Assembly: GCA_949297445.1 (NCBI GenBank)
Contig: CASFSS010000006.1
Location: 31,228 to 95,227, forward strand
DNA: 64,000 bases
Reading direction: 5' to 3'
Source: an uncultured bacterium
GTDB taxonomy: Bacteria > Bacillota_I > Bacilli_A > RFN20 > CAG-826
Numbering within the stretch: position 1 is the stretch's first letter; each line of letters opens with the position of its first letter. The position numbers and the translations under genes were made by a program. The notes under the pieces are model-generated. The model saw nothing but the letters and a program-made list of their open reading frames with translations, did no database searches and had not been told where the DNA came from. Shown piece by piece: positions 18,019 through 28,235 of the stretch.

Positions 18019-20916
18019 ATGAAGAAGACAAAAATTAATGGTGAGCACGTTTGCATAATGGTCGGTTTACTTATTTGCTTAGTTGCTCTTATTTTCTTTT
18101 TGTCGCCCCTCACACCTATTGAATTTTTAAGCTACGGTGTCGTTGCCGCTTTTGGCTTCATTGGCTATTGGCTATTTATTCCTTTTTTGTTCTTGCTTGG
18201 TATCTATATCATGTTCAAAGGTAAACTGGTTCGTTTCCGTTTTGACATTTCCCTTGGTGGCTTGTTTTTAATCATGATTAATGTGATGATTTTGGCGTCT
18301 TATTGGGGGAGTATTGGCATCACCTTGAGCGATGGTTCAATTATCAATAATCAAGATGTATTCATCGATTACAAAAACTTCATGGATGCCCTGACGAATG
18401 TTTTAAGTGACACCACAAAGCAAAACATTACTCTCAATTCGATGACTGGCGGTGGCTTTGTTGGCTTTTTACTGCTTGGACTATTTAATTCCGGCTTTAC
18501 AACCGTCGGAATGATGGTGGTCGCTTGGATTTTGATTGCGGTCGGTATCATGTTAGTCTTCAATCGACAAATTAAAAAGTTTTTTGTCTTTTGCCATTCA
18601 CGTGCAAAACTACGCAAAGAAAAAAATAAAAACACCGATGAAAAAAGTAGTGAGACTCCTCGTCCTGCGACGCGCGTTGATCAAATGAATGCGACAAACG
18701 ATTCTGGTCCAAAAGATAACGAAAAAAATTTATTTGCTTTCTTAAAAAGACAACCGAAGCTTGTCAATCCAAATAAAGACGATGATATCGGTTATGACGA
18801 CGATTTAATATTTTCGGATACTTATTCGACGATGCCTAATGAAGAGATTGCCCGCAAAGCTCCTTATTCTAACGATGAAATATCCGCGATGCGCATCAAT
18901 CAACAAAACCATTTTAGTGGCATGCATAAAGCAAAATTTGCTTTTGGAGATGGCTTTGAAACATGCCACGAGGAAGTGCCTTTAGAAGAATCAATGACTA
19001 ATAAAAATTTCCCGCTTGAAGAAAATGGTAACTATGCTTCTGAATCGACGTTTGAATCGGCAAGCTTTTCAAGTAATTCCTCAAGCACAAATGATTCTTC
19101 CTATATGGAAGGGCCTGTTAATCAGGAATCTATTTATGATGCAGCTAATAACGAGATAGCAAATCAGGAAGAAGAGACGGTCGAAGACATCATTGAACAA
19201 AATGAAGAAGTTAACCAAGAAATCGAATTAATTAGTCAAGATAATGATGCTCCTAATAGACACAATAACGAAGCTTTATCGGAAATATTTGCAAATAAAG
19301 CTGTGGCGAATACTTTAACTTCCGCTAAAAGCGCGGAAGAGATTTTACCAAAAGAAGAAAAGAACGAGGAAAGCGATGAAAAGAACGATCCTTTATATGT
19401 TCCGCCGGCGAAAAAGCGACCCAAATATAATTTGCCGCCCTTAACCTTGCTAGATAAGCATGAAGCACCTGATGATGTCACCCGGAATAATGCTTCTTGT
19501 GAAGAACGTCAAGCAACCATTAACCAAGTTTTTGAAGATTTAAATATTGGCGCTAAAGTTGTCAGCTATACAATTGGCCCATCCGTAACGCGTTTTAATG
19601 TCCAAACATTTACTAATGTTTCGGTAACGACGTTAGGCAAATATGTGAACGATATTTCAATTCGACTTGGTGGCGTTCCTGTCCGCTTTGAACCAATTGT
19701 TTATGGTATGCCTCATTCCGGTTTAGAGATTCCTAATGAAATTCGCACCAATGTTGGCTTGCGCGAGACATTAGAAATTTTACCACTCGATAAGAAGCAT
19801 CAAATTGATATTCCTTTTGGGAAAAGTATTTCCGGCGATTTGATTGAGGCATCACTTGGTGATTTCCCTCATATGTTAGTTGCCGGAACAACCGGTTCTG
19901 GTAAATCAATCTTTATGCATTCTGTCATTTTGTCGCTAATTATGCGCAATCGACCGGAAGATTTAAAAATCGTTTTAATCGATCCAAAACGAGTTGAACT
20001 TTCTTATTATAAAAATATTCCTCATCTACTTTGCCCGTCAATTAGTGATGCTAGTGAAGCTAAAGTTGCGTTAGAAAAACTCGTTGAAGAGATGGAAAGG
20101 CGCTACTCTTTGTTTGAAAAGTATGCCGTTCGTGATATCAAGTCTTTCAATGCAATGTGCGAAATAAAAAATTTGGAAAAGCTGCCTTATATTCTTGTTT
20201 TTGTCGACGAATACGCTGATCTCGTGATGAATTGCAAAGAAATCGGCGTGCCAGTTGTTCGTATCGGTCAAAAAGCGCGTGCTGCCGGCATTCACTTAGT
20301 CATTGCTACCCAACGACCAGAAGTTAAAATTATTACCGGCGATATTAAAGCTAACTTACCCACAAGAGTGGCCTTGATGGTCGGCTCTGCCTATGACTCA
20401 CAAACAATTATCGGTGAAGGCGGTGCAGAAAAATTACTCGGTAATGGTGACATGTTGGTCGATTGCTCTTTGATTTCTAAGACGAGTAAGCCCCGTGTTC
20501 AGGGTTGTTTCGTCGACATAAACGAAATCATTCGCGTTTGCGACTATCTTCGCGCGGAAATGGGCCCCTTATACGATAAACGCTTTCTTGATTTAAGTGA
20601 CCATTCGAAAGAGACACAAATGGTTCCCGAAGAGTCCATTCACATCTCAAAAGAAATGGCTGAAGACGATTTATACAATAAAATTAAAGAGGTTGTTTAT
20701 CAGCGCGATTATGTTTCCATTTCGTTTTTAACGCGAACATTTGGCATTGGTTTTCCACGTGCTGGTCGCTTATTTGCTAAATTGCAAAAAGAAGGAATTG
20801 TTTCGACGATTGCCGATAGTTCGCGCGGTTCCCCCGTATTAAAAAAAGCAGAAAAGATTAGTGAAAATCCGGGCTCTATCGATCAATCAATTATTGTGGA
20901 AGGTGACGACGAGTAA
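18019..20916 (+). CDS. ftsK: DNA translocase FtsK/SpoIIIE
   Basis: N-terminal TM segments, a long low-complexity linker, Walker A GTTGSGKS, Walker B VFVDEYADL, and a gamma winged-helix (ISFLTRTFGIGFPRAGRLF). Confidence 0.95.
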   Translation: MKKTKINGEHVCIMVGLLICLVALIFFLSPLTPIEFLSYGVVAAFGFIGYWLFIPFLFLLGIYIMFKGKLVRFRFDISLGGLFLIMINVMILASYWGSIGITLSDGSIINNQDVFIDYKNFMDALTNVLSDTTKQNITLNSMTGGGFVGFLLLGLFNSGFTTVGMMVVAWILIAVGIMLVFNRQIKKFFVFCHSRAKLRKEKNKNTDEKSSETPRPATRVDQMNATNDSGPKDNEKNLFAFLKRQPKLVNPNKDDDIGYDDDLIFSDTYSTMPNEEIARKAPYSNDEISAMRINQQNHFSGMHKAKFAFGDGFETCHEEVPLEESMTNKNFPLEENGNYASESTFESASFSSNSSSTNDSSYMEGPVNQESIYDAANNEIANQEEETVEDIIEQNEEVNQEIELISQDNDAPNRHNNEALSEIFANKAVANTLTSAKSAEEILPKEEKNEESDEKNDPLYVPPAKKRPKYNLPPLTLLDKHEAPDDVTRNNASCEERQATINQVFEDLNIGAKVVSYTIGPSVTRFNVQTFTNVSVTTLGKYVNDISIRLGGVPVRFEPIVYGMPHSGLEIPNEIRTNVGLRETLEILPLDKKHQIDIPFGKSISGDLIEASLGDFPHMLVAGTTGSGKSIFMHSVILSLIMRNRPEDLKIVLIDPKRVELSYYKNIPHLLCPSISDASEAKVALEKLVEEMERRYSLFEKYAVRDIKSFNAMCEIKNLEKLPYILVFVDEYADLVMNCKEIGVPVVRIGQKARAAGIHLVIATQRPEVKIITGDIKANLPTRVALMVGSAYDSQTIIGEGGAEKLLGNGDMLVDCSLISKTSKPRVQGCFVDINEIIRVCDYLRAEMGPLYDKRFLDLSDHSKETQMVPEESIHISKEMAEDDLYNKIKEVVYQRDYVSISFLTRTFGIGFPRAGRLFAKLQKEGIVSTIADSSRGSPVLKKAEKISENPGSIDQSIIVEGDDE

Positions 20917-20919
20917 TTT

Positions 20920-21237
20920 ATGGAAATGGGCGTCGATTTAGTCAAAATTTCTCGTATTACGAATACGAACGAATTGGCGTCTTTTATCTTATCTAATGAT
21001 GAACTTGGTCAATATCATTCGCGCACAAACAAGATGGAGTTTTTAGCAGGTAGATTCGCTGCCAAAGAAGCATTTTTAAAAATGAAACATAGCGGATTAG
21101 GAACGATTCCTTTTAAAGAAATTGAAGTTTTTACTGAAGATAATGGTGCTCCCTATATCAAATATCAAGGAAAGGTTTATGGCCTAAGTATATCTCATGA
21201 TGATGACTATGCTATAGCCATATGTTATGAAAAATGA
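20920..21237 (+). CDS. acpS: holo-[acyl-carrier-protein] synthase
   Basis: GVDLVKISRI N-terminus, FAAKEAF motif and SISHDDDYA motif. 105 aa. TGA stop overlapping the next ATG. Confidence 0.88.
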   Translation: MEMGVDLVKISRITNTNELASFILSNDELGQYHSRTNKMEFLAGRFAAKEAFLKMKHSGLGTIPFKEIEVFTEDNGAPYIKYQGKVYGLSISHDDDYAIAICYEK

Positions 21238-23381
21238 ATCAATTAAATTTCTATGCTGATGCAAAAGCCTTTGATTTTAATAAAATTACTTTAGTAATTT
21301 ATTCTGATGCTCGCTTTTCAATCAATAGTTTTGTTTTGCTCAAAAATGGCAAAAAATTTAAATCGATTTACCCAACTAAGCGCAGCTCGTTACACATGAT
21401 TTATTATTACGAGTTTTTGCTCGACGAGAAGTTAGAATTAGGTAATTTATATACAATTTCATTAGGAACGCATGTCGGCGAAGTAAATATTGATTTATCG
21501 CCGCTTGCCCAATTGGCAACATTCGATGATTTATTCGCTTATGATGGCGATGATCTTGGCGCTAATTATGATAAAAAAAGTACAACTTTTGCCCTTTGGG
21601 CGCCTTTAGCCAATCGTGTCATCTTAAAATACGCCAAGCACAATAGTGACAATTTTCATCTAGTGGAAATGCATCGCTACGATAAAGGAGTATATCGAAT
21701 TAAAATTGATGGCGATTTAGATGGTGCTAGATACCAATATATTGTTAATAATTATGGCCATGTTGTAGAAGCACTTGACCCATATGGCAAGTCCTCGACG
21801 GCCAATTCACAATATTCCGTCGTTATCGATTTAAAACGCTTGGTTGCAATTAACACTCATCGTGATAAATTGCCATTCTTTAAGTCAAATTGTCACGCCA
21901 TAATCTACGAAGCAAGCGTGCGCGATTTGACATCGTTTGATGGGACGGACATCGTTAATAAAGGTAAATTTTTAGGTTTAATCGAAAAAAATCGTCGCTC
22001 AAAAGGTGGCAACAAAGCCGGATTTGACTACTTAGTCAGCTTAGGATTTACCCATCTTCAGCTCTTGCCAGTGCAAGATTTTGCTAATGTCGATGAGCTA
22101 TTGCCTCGCCATAAATACAATTGGGGTTATGATCCTTTGCAATATTTTACCATCGAAGGGTCATACTCAACTGACCCACAAGATCCTTATTCAAGGATGC
22201 GCGAATTTAAAAAGATGATTGGTGCCTTCCATAAAGCTGGTATTCGCATCAATCTTGATGTTGTCTACAATCATGTTTTTGAAGTTGAATATTCTTTATT
22301 TGAAAAGATTGTTCCTAACTATTATTTTCGACGCAATAGCGATGGTTCAAGGGCGAGCCATTCTGGCTGTGGCAACGATTTTGCTTCTGAACGCAAGATG
22401 GCTCGTAAATTAATTTTAGATAGCATTAAATTTTTATTAGATGTTTATGATATCGATGGCTTACGTTTCGATTTGATGGGTTTAATCGATGTTAATACCA
22501 TGAAAGAAGTTGCCACTCTTGTTAAATCGATTCGACCAGACGCTATGCTATACGGTGAAGGCTGGAATATGGGTGGCAAAACCTTTGATAATTCCCCTTT
22601 AGCGACACTAGAAAATGCTAATTTGCTACCAAATTACGCTTTTTTCAACGATCGATATCGCAATATAGTCAAAGGTCTTGGTCAAGGCACATATCTTGAA
22701 GAAAACGGCTTTTTATTCGGCAATAAGAATTTTTTAGACGGCTTTAAATTTGTTTATACTGGTTCGTGTATCGATCAAATTTATCCAAGACTATTCGCCA
22801 AAGCTAGTCAATCGATAAATTATGTTGAGTGTCACGATAACGGAACAATTTTTGACGTGATTGATCAGACACTTCCAAACGAAACGATGGAAGACAAAAT
22901 AGGGCGACTTTCCCTCATTAACAAGACAATTTTATTGTCTTATGGAATCCCATTTTTCCATATGGGACAAGAAATAGGCCTTTCAAAACATTTTCATACA
23001 AATACCTATAATGAAGGGGATTTTTATAATCAGTTTAATTATGACATTATGGATGAACGCATCGAGCTGGTACGCTATTTTAAAAATTATATTAAAATGC
23101 GGAAGGAATTATCCTTTTTAAGAATCGATGAACCTGAAATAATCGATGCATTAATTAAATATCCGCCTTTTAGTGATGGCCTACAAATTGATTTTCAAGA
23201 CGAATTGTTACACGATTTCCGTGCTTTTAAAATTTTCATCAATCCCTATCATCATGTTATGTATTACGATTTGAAGGACGATTTCAACATATATCATCCT
23301 GACTATAGAAATTCCGATTATATAAAGGTTTCGAATTTGATGGTTGCACCTTTATCGGCTCTTATGCTTTTTAAAGATTGA
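21234..23381 (+). CDS. pulA: type I pullulanase / debranching enzyme (GH13), no signal peptide seen
   Basis: GH13 regions VVYNHV, GLRFDLMG, YGEGWN and YVECHDN, with a CBM48-like N-terminal part. Confidence 0.88.
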   Translation: MNQLNFYADAKAFDFNKITLVIYSDARFSINSFVLLKNGKKFKSIYPTKRSSLHMIYYYEFLLDEKLELGNLYTISLGTHVGEVNIDLSPLAQLATFDDLFAYDGDDLGANYDKKSTTFALWAPLANRVILKYAKHNSDNFHLVEMHRYDKGVYRIKIDGDLDGARYQYIVNNYGHVVEALDPYGKSSTANSQYSVVIDLKRLVAINTHRDKLPFFKSNCHAIIYEASVRDLTSFDGTDIVNKGKFLGLIEKNRRSKGGNKAGFDYLVSLGFTHLQLLPVQDFANVDELLPRHKYNWGYDPLQYFTIEGSYSTDPQDPYSRMREFKKMIGAFHKAGIRINLDVVYNHVFEVEYSLFEKIVPNYYFRRNSDGSRASHSGCGNDFASERKMARKLILDSIKFLLDVYDIDGLRFDLMGLIDVNTMKEVATLVKSIRPDAMLYGEGWNMGGKTFDNSPLATLENANLLPNYAFFNDRYRNIVKGLGQGTYLEENGFLFGNKNFLDGFKFVYTGSCIDQIYPRLFAKASQSINYVECHDNGTIFDVIDQTLPNETMEDKIGRLSLINKTILLSYGIPFFHMGQEIGLSKHFHTNTYNEGDFYNQFNYDIMDERIELVRYFKNYIKMRKELSFLRIDEPEIIDALIKYPPFSDGLQIDFQDELLHDFRAFKIFINPYHHVMYYDLKDDFNIYHPDYRNSDYIKVSNLMVAPLSALMLFKD

Positions 23382-23436
23382 GAATAGCTATTTACTTCTC
23401 TTTTTATAATTTGCATATAAAGGGGGAGGCTATTCT

Positions 23437-23727
23437 ATGATTAGTGATGTTTGCGTAATTGGACGCGTTGGTGAAATTGTTTCGCCCAATTTAAGGATGG
23501 TGGAAGTAGAACGGGTTGCGCCTATCAACGGGCGATTCGTCGTCGACCAAATACCATGCCGATATTGGACGAAAAAAGATGGGAATTATTTTATGAAAAT
23601 GCTTGAAGGAAGTTATGTAGCGATAAAAGGACGACTAGAAAAAGATGGAGAAATGGGTATAATTGTCATTGTAGAAGAGTTAGTTACTCTTCAACGTGGT
23701 AAATTATATCGAGAGGAGAAAACCTAA
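23437..23727 (+). CDS. small OB-fold, SSB-like protein (function uncertain)
   Basis: 96 aa with a GGGGGAGG ribosome-binding site. The pattern VCVIGRVGEI...YVAIKGRLEKDGE resembles an SSB OB fold but lacks the acidic C-terminal tail. Confidence 0.55.
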   Translation: MISDVCVIGRVGEIVSPNLRMVEVERVAPINGRFVVDQIPCRYWTKKDGNYFMKMLEGSYVAIKGRLEKDGEMGIIVIVEELVTLQRGKLYREEKT

Positions 23728-23728
23728 T

Positions 23729-24532
23729 TTGTTTAAATATTTACGCCTAATCTTAATTGTTGGGTTTAGAATTTTATACGATTTCCTTTTTTATATTAAT
23801 CGATACGCTCGCCATCCGGAACGTTATCCGTTCATGGTTAGATATAACCGTATCCGTAATTTAATCATTAAAGTAAATGCTGCTTTCGGTGTCGATTATA
23901 ACATTAAAGATTTTGAGAATTTTACTAATTTGGATGGCAAATGTGTTTTGATAAGTAACCATTTATCAGATTGTGATCCATTAATTTTTATTGCAATGAG
24001 CGAAAAACCACTTACTTTTGTAAGTAAGCAAGAAGCTTTTAAGTACCCGTTTGTTGGCAAATGTATTAAGGCATTAGAAGGCATACCATTAGATCGCGAG
24101 AATCTACGTAGTCAAATTGAAGCAGTTGAGCAAATAGTAAAAGTTGCAAAAGACGGCGTTCCAAACGTCGTAATTTTTGCCGAAGGAACCCGCAACAAGC
24201 AACCCGGCACCCCATGCTTAGAATTTAAGGGTGGTTCAATAAAAATTGCTATGAAGGCAGAAGTTCCCATTGTACCTATATCTTTGTATGGTACTTTTCG
24301 CGTTTTCTCAAGCAAAATTAACATTAAAAAATATCCTGTTTTCTTCGACTTTTTTAAACCAATAACATCCGATGACTATAAAGATATCAAATCGCCTCAA
24401 TTAGCGTCCTCTATTAAGGAAATGGTCGATAAAGCGTTACAAAAGAATAAAAAATTAGATAAAGAATATATTGAAAAAATGCCTCTTTCTGACAAAAAGA
24501 AACGTGAGCTTGTCGCTCCAGATTTACTCTAG
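23729..24532 (+). CDS. plsC: 1-acyl-sn-glycerol-3-phosphate acyltransferase
   Basis: NHLSDCDP (HX4D) and FAEGTR motifs. I chose the TTG at 23729 (GAGGAG 8 nt upstream, directly after the previous stop) over the overlapping GTG at 23696. Confidence 0.85.
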   Translation: MFKYLRLILIVGFRILYDFLFYINRYARHPERYPFMVRYNRIRNLIIKVNAAFGVDYNIKDFENFTNLDGKCVLISNHLSDCDPLIFIAMSEKPLTFVSKQEAFKYPFVGKCIKALEGIPLDRENLRSQIEAVEQIVKVAKDGVPNVVIFAEGTRNKQPGTPCLEFKGGSIKIAMKAEVPIVPISLYGTFRVFSSKINIKKYPVFFDFFKPITSDDYKDIKSPQLASSIKEMVDKALQKNKKLDKEYIEKMPLSDKKKRELVAPDLL

Positions 24533-25831
24533 TTATTGCCGTTCGCTTTTTGGATATAGATTCTTAATTTTTTGACCATCATAATGGCAGAAAGCAACAT
24601 TTAAATTTTTATAAGATAAAAGATAATAACCCTTTTCTAGTGGCATAGTTAAATGTATTTCTTCACCCTTAATATATTTTGCATAATTTTCATCATCGAG
24701 AGCCAAACTATTTGTGCTATCTAAATATCTTGCCAAATGATACGAGGGTACAAATTCCGATTTTAACCATCCTAAAACTAAACCAGGTCGTAAAACATTA
24801 AAGGGTTTTAAATTGATATAAAATGGCAATGAGCAATAGTAACCTTTGTACTCGAAGTTATGGCGTTTTGATAATTTTACACTTGTTAATATTTTTTCTA
24901 ATGAAAGTTTATCGATTAATGAAATTGTCTTTTTCATAAGGATGGTGTTGTCAATCGTCGAATCTAATTTTTGCATAAGGCAAATAAATTGCCCATCGCC
25001 ATCGTAAAGAAATGGATAAAGGTAAATTGCCTCCTTTAACGAAGGATGAGAGTAGGAATTTTTTATATAACTTAAATCGATTAATTTCATATGATGCTTT
25101 TTTAAAAAGCTGATAATTATCGCCTCATTTTCTTCGTAGGAAAAAGAACATGTAGAATAGACTAAAAAACCGCCGTTTTGCAGCAAAAAGTACCCTCTTT
25201 CCAATAATTTTTCTTGAATTTTGGCACACTTTAGAACTTTTTTATATGTCCAATCTGCCATCATTTTTTCATCTTTATAGAACATGCTTGAACCGCTACA
25301 AGGGGCATCGATAACTACCGAAGAGAAAGCGGATTTTAATTCGTCAATGTTTTCTTTCGTCAAGTAATTATCATTGGTAACAATCGCGTTATCGATTCCT
25401 AATTTAGCAATATTATAAGCGAGAATTTTCGCTCGATCATATGAGGCATCGTTACTAATTATTAGACCATTATTATTGCGAAACGCTAGTTGGATTGTTT
25501 TGCCTCCAGGAGCGGCACACATATCCAAAATTATATCTTTATTATCAATTGGTAAAATGGATGCGACAAGCATTGCCGCAGGATCTTGGACATAGTAACA
25601 TCCTAATTCGTATAAATAATTGTTCGTGTATAATTTCTCATTGCTTTGGCAAATATATCCATGTTCAACATTGGGATGCTTTAATAATGGCAAATTACTA
25701 TTTAATATTTCTTTTTCATTAATTTTATTTGGATTAATCAATAAACCGCGATGATGTTCACCTTCTTGATTAATAATCCTTTCGACTATTTCTTTTGGAA
25801 AAAAATTAATTAAATGATTATAAAAATCCAT
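24533..25831 (-). CDS. NOL1/NOP2/Sun-family rRNA cytosine-C5 methyltransferase (RsmF/YebU-like)
   Basis: SAM-binding DMCAAPGGKT, DAPCSGS and YSTCS motifs. 432 aa. Confidence 0.85.
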   Translation of the reverse strand: MDFYNHLINFFPKEIVERIINQEGEHHRGLLINPNKINEKEILNSNLPLLKHPNVEHGYICQSNEKLYTNNYLYELGCYYVQDPAAMLVASILPIDNKDIILDMCAAPGGKTIQLAFRNNNGLIISNDASYDRAKILAYNIAKLGIDNAIVTNDNYLTKENIDELKSAFSSVVIDAPCSGSSMFYKDEKMMADWTYKKVLKCAKIQEKLLERGYFLLQNGGFLVYSTCSFSYEENEAIIISFLKKHHMKLIDLSYIKNSYSHPSLKEAIYLYPFLYDGDGQFICLMQKLDSTIDNTILMKKTISLIDKLSLEKILTSVKLSKRHNFEYKGYYCSLPFYINLKPFNVLRPGLVLGWLKSEFVPSYHLARYLDSTNSLALDDENYAKYIKGEEIHLTMPLEKGYYLLSYKNLNVAFCHYDGQKIKNLYPKSERQ

Positions 25832-25868
25832 AAAATTATATTATCATATTTTTATAATAGATTTATTT

Positions 25869-26447
25869 ATGGAAAAACTTTTATATATCGACGGAACATT
25901 GCGAGAAAATGACTCACGGACTAAAATTTTAGCCGATGCTTTTGTAGAGGCATTAGCGGATAGATTTTCAGTTGAAAAAGTTGTCATTTCTAAACTTGGT
26001 TTTACACCGAAAAAATATGTTGATGTCGATTATTTTAATCCCGCTTTACCGGGTGAAAAAGAAATCGCTGAAGCAAAAAGGCTGGCGACGGCTGATGTCA
26101 TTGTTTTGGCCGCTCCATTTTATGATATGGGTCTTCCAAGCTTTGTTCATGCATATTTTGAAAGAATATCTATTGATGGTTATACATTCAAGAGCGTTCC
26201 AGGTTCATATCAAGGTCTTTCCGTAGCGCGCAAATTTATTTATATAACGACGCGAGGTGCCTTAATTGAAGATAACTCACCTTCAGACGGTGCTTCTTTA
26301 TATCTAAATGCTTTATCTCATTTATGGGGATTTCAAAATTTGCAGGTTATATCTGCGAACGGATTAGATGTTTTACCAGAAAATATAGCTAAAGAACGTT
26401 TATTGCGTGCTATAAGTCGCGCAAAACGTTTGGCTAAAAAAATATAA
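25869..26447 (+). CDS. flavodoxin-like fold NAD(P)H oxidoreductase (AzoR / ACP phosphodiesterase family)
   Basis: 192 aa. N-terminal LLYIDGTLRENDSRT and VLAAPFYDMGLPSFVHAYFE are typical of the FMN-dependent azoreductase family. Confidence 0.7.
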   Translation: MEKLLYIDGTLRENDSRTKILADAFVEALADRFSVEKVVISKLGFTPKKYVDVDYFNPALPGEKEIAEAKRLATADVIVLAAPFYDMGLPSFVHAYFERISIDGYTFKSVPGSYQGLSVARKFIYITTRGALIEDNSPSDGASLYLNALSHLWGFQNLQVISANGLDVLPENIAKERLLRAISRAKRLAKKI

Positions 26448-26470
26448 TAATAAAAAAGGAGATTTTGTTT

Positions 26471-27778
26471 ATGAGTTTACGAATGGTTGATTTAATCATT
26501 AAAAAAAGAGATGGCAAGGCCTTGACTGATCAAGAAATTGCTTTCTTTATCGATGGCTATGTAAAAGGCAATATACCAGATTATCAAGTTAGCGCCTTAT
26601 TAATGGCAATATTGTTTAAGGGGATGACAAAGAAGGAAATTGTCACCTTGACAGATAAAATGGAACATAGCGGTGATACCATTGATTTATCAATGATTGA
26701 AGGCATTAAAGTTGACAAACATTCTACTGGTGGTGTTGGTGATAAAACCTCGCTTGTCCTAGGACCAATCGTAGCTTCTTTGGGTGCTAAATTAGCCAAA
26801 ATGAGTGGTCGTGGATTAGGTCATACCGGCGGTACGCTTGATAAAATGGAATCAATTCCGGGCATGCGAATAGCTATCGGCGAAGAGGAATTTATTAAAC
26901 AGGTCAACGACATCGGTATCGCTATTGTCGGCCAAACTGGACACTTAGTGCCGGCTGACAAAAAGCTTTACTCGCTGCGCGATGTAACGGGCACGGTCGA
27001 GTCATTACCTTTGATTGCTAGCTCGATTATGTCCAAAAAACTTGCTAGTGGTAGCGATTGCATTTTGCTCGATGTTAAATTCGGGGCTGGTGCGTTTATG
27101 AAAACGCTCGACGACGCCCGTGAATTAGCCAGGACGATGGTTGAAATAGGTGATGCTTTGCATCGTGATACACGTGCCATCTTAACCGATATGGAACAAC
27201 CGCTTGGTTTAGCGATAGGTAATGCTTTGGAAGTTAAAGAGGCGATTGCTACTTTAAAAGGTCATGGACCAAAGGATTTAGTTGAGCTTTGTACCAAGGC
27301 GGCCAGCATCATGCTTGAACAAGCGAAAATCGTTACTTCCTTAGAAGCTGGTGAAAAGTTGGTGAAAGAAGTTATTGCTGATGGCCGTGCATTCAATAAA
27401 TTAAAAGAATTCGTCAAAGCTCAAGGCGGCGATGTTCGCTATTTAGATAATCCTGAATTATTCCCGCTCGCTAAAAATATTGTCGAAGTAAAAGCCGAAA
27501 AAAGTGGCTATGTCCATTCAATCAATGCTCTCCAAATCGGCGAGGCAGCCATGAAACTTGGTGCTGGCCGAGAAACATATGATGATGTGATTGATTTAAG
27601 TGCCGGCATTGTGTTACACAAAAAAGTAGGCGACTATGTCGCTATTGGGGATGCACTTTGTGAAATCCATACAAACAAAGAAAATTTTGAAGACGCTTTA
27701 AAAGAAATCCATGATGCCTTTGTGGTAAAAGAAGAACCTGTGAAAGTTTTGCCGATTGTTCACGATTATATAAAATAA
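26471..27778 (+). CDS. pdp: pyrimidine-nucleoside phosphorylase
   Basis: HSTGGVGDK and SGRGLGHTGGTLDK signatures. I preferred the ATG at 26471 (AAGGAG upstream) to the TTG at 26465. Confidence 0.93.
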   Translation: MSLRMVDLIIKKRDGKALTDQEIAFFIDGYVKGNIPDYQVSALLMAILFKGMTKKEIVTLTDKMEHSGDTIDLSMIEGIKVDKHSTGGVGDKTSLVLGPIVASLGAKLAKMSGRGLGHTGGTLDKMESIPGMRIAIGEEEFIKQVNDIGIAIVGQTGHLVPADKKLYSLRDVTGTVESLPLIASSIMSKKLASGSDCILLDVKFGAGAFMKTLDDARELARTMVEIGDALHRDTRAILTDMEQPLGLAIGNALEVKEAIATLKGHGPKDLVELCTKAASIMLEQAKIVTSLEAGEKLVKEVIADGRAFNKLKEFVKAQGGDVRYLDNPELFPLAKNIVEVKAEKSGYVHSINALQIGEAAMKLGAGRETYDDVIDLSAGIVLHKKVGDYVAIGDALCEIHTNKENFEDALKEIHDAFVVKEEPVKVLPIVHDYIK

Positions 27779-27779
27779 G

Positions 27780-28235
27780 ATGCGCATCATTATCCAAGTT
27801 GTCAAAAACGCTAGTGTCACTATCGATAATAAACTCGTCAGTGAAATAAAACGTGGATATTTGCTTTTTGTCGGCTTTTCCGCCCATGACGACGCTGAAA
27901 TAGTTTATAAAATGTGCGACAAACTATTAAGTTTGCGCCTTTTTCCTGACGAAAACGGCAAAACCAATAAGTCGTTATTCGACGTCGGAGGCGAAATATT
28001 ATCGGTATCGCAGTTCACTCTTTATGCATCTTTAAAAGATGGTCGTCGTCCTTCTTTTATCGAGGCGAAAAAGGCTGATGAAGCGAATGAATTATACAAT
28101 TTGTTCAACGATTGTTTGCGAAAGGCAAACGTCAAACTTTCTACCGGCGTATTTAAGGCTATGATGGATGTTTCATTAATTAATGAGGGACCGATGACAA
28201 TCATTTTAGATAGTAAGGAATTGTTCAATAAATGA
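27780..28235 (+). CDS. dtd: D-aminoacyl-tRNA deacylase
   Basis: The motifs SQFTLYA and NEGPMT are characteristic of Dtd. 151 aa. Confidence 0.9.
   Translation: MRIIIQVVKNASVTIDNKLVSEIKRGYLLFVGFSAHDDAEIVYKMCDKLLSLRLFPDENGKTNKSLFDVGGEILSVSQFTLYASLKDGRRPSFIEAKKADEANELYNLFNDCLRKANVKLSTGVFKAMMDVSLINEGPMTIILDSKELFNK

Noticed and set aside
23437-23727. Calling the 96-aa OB-fold protein a genuine SSB
   Set aside because: It lacks the disordered linker and acidic C-terminal tip that define functional bacterial SSBs. I kept it as an SSB-like hypothetical protein.
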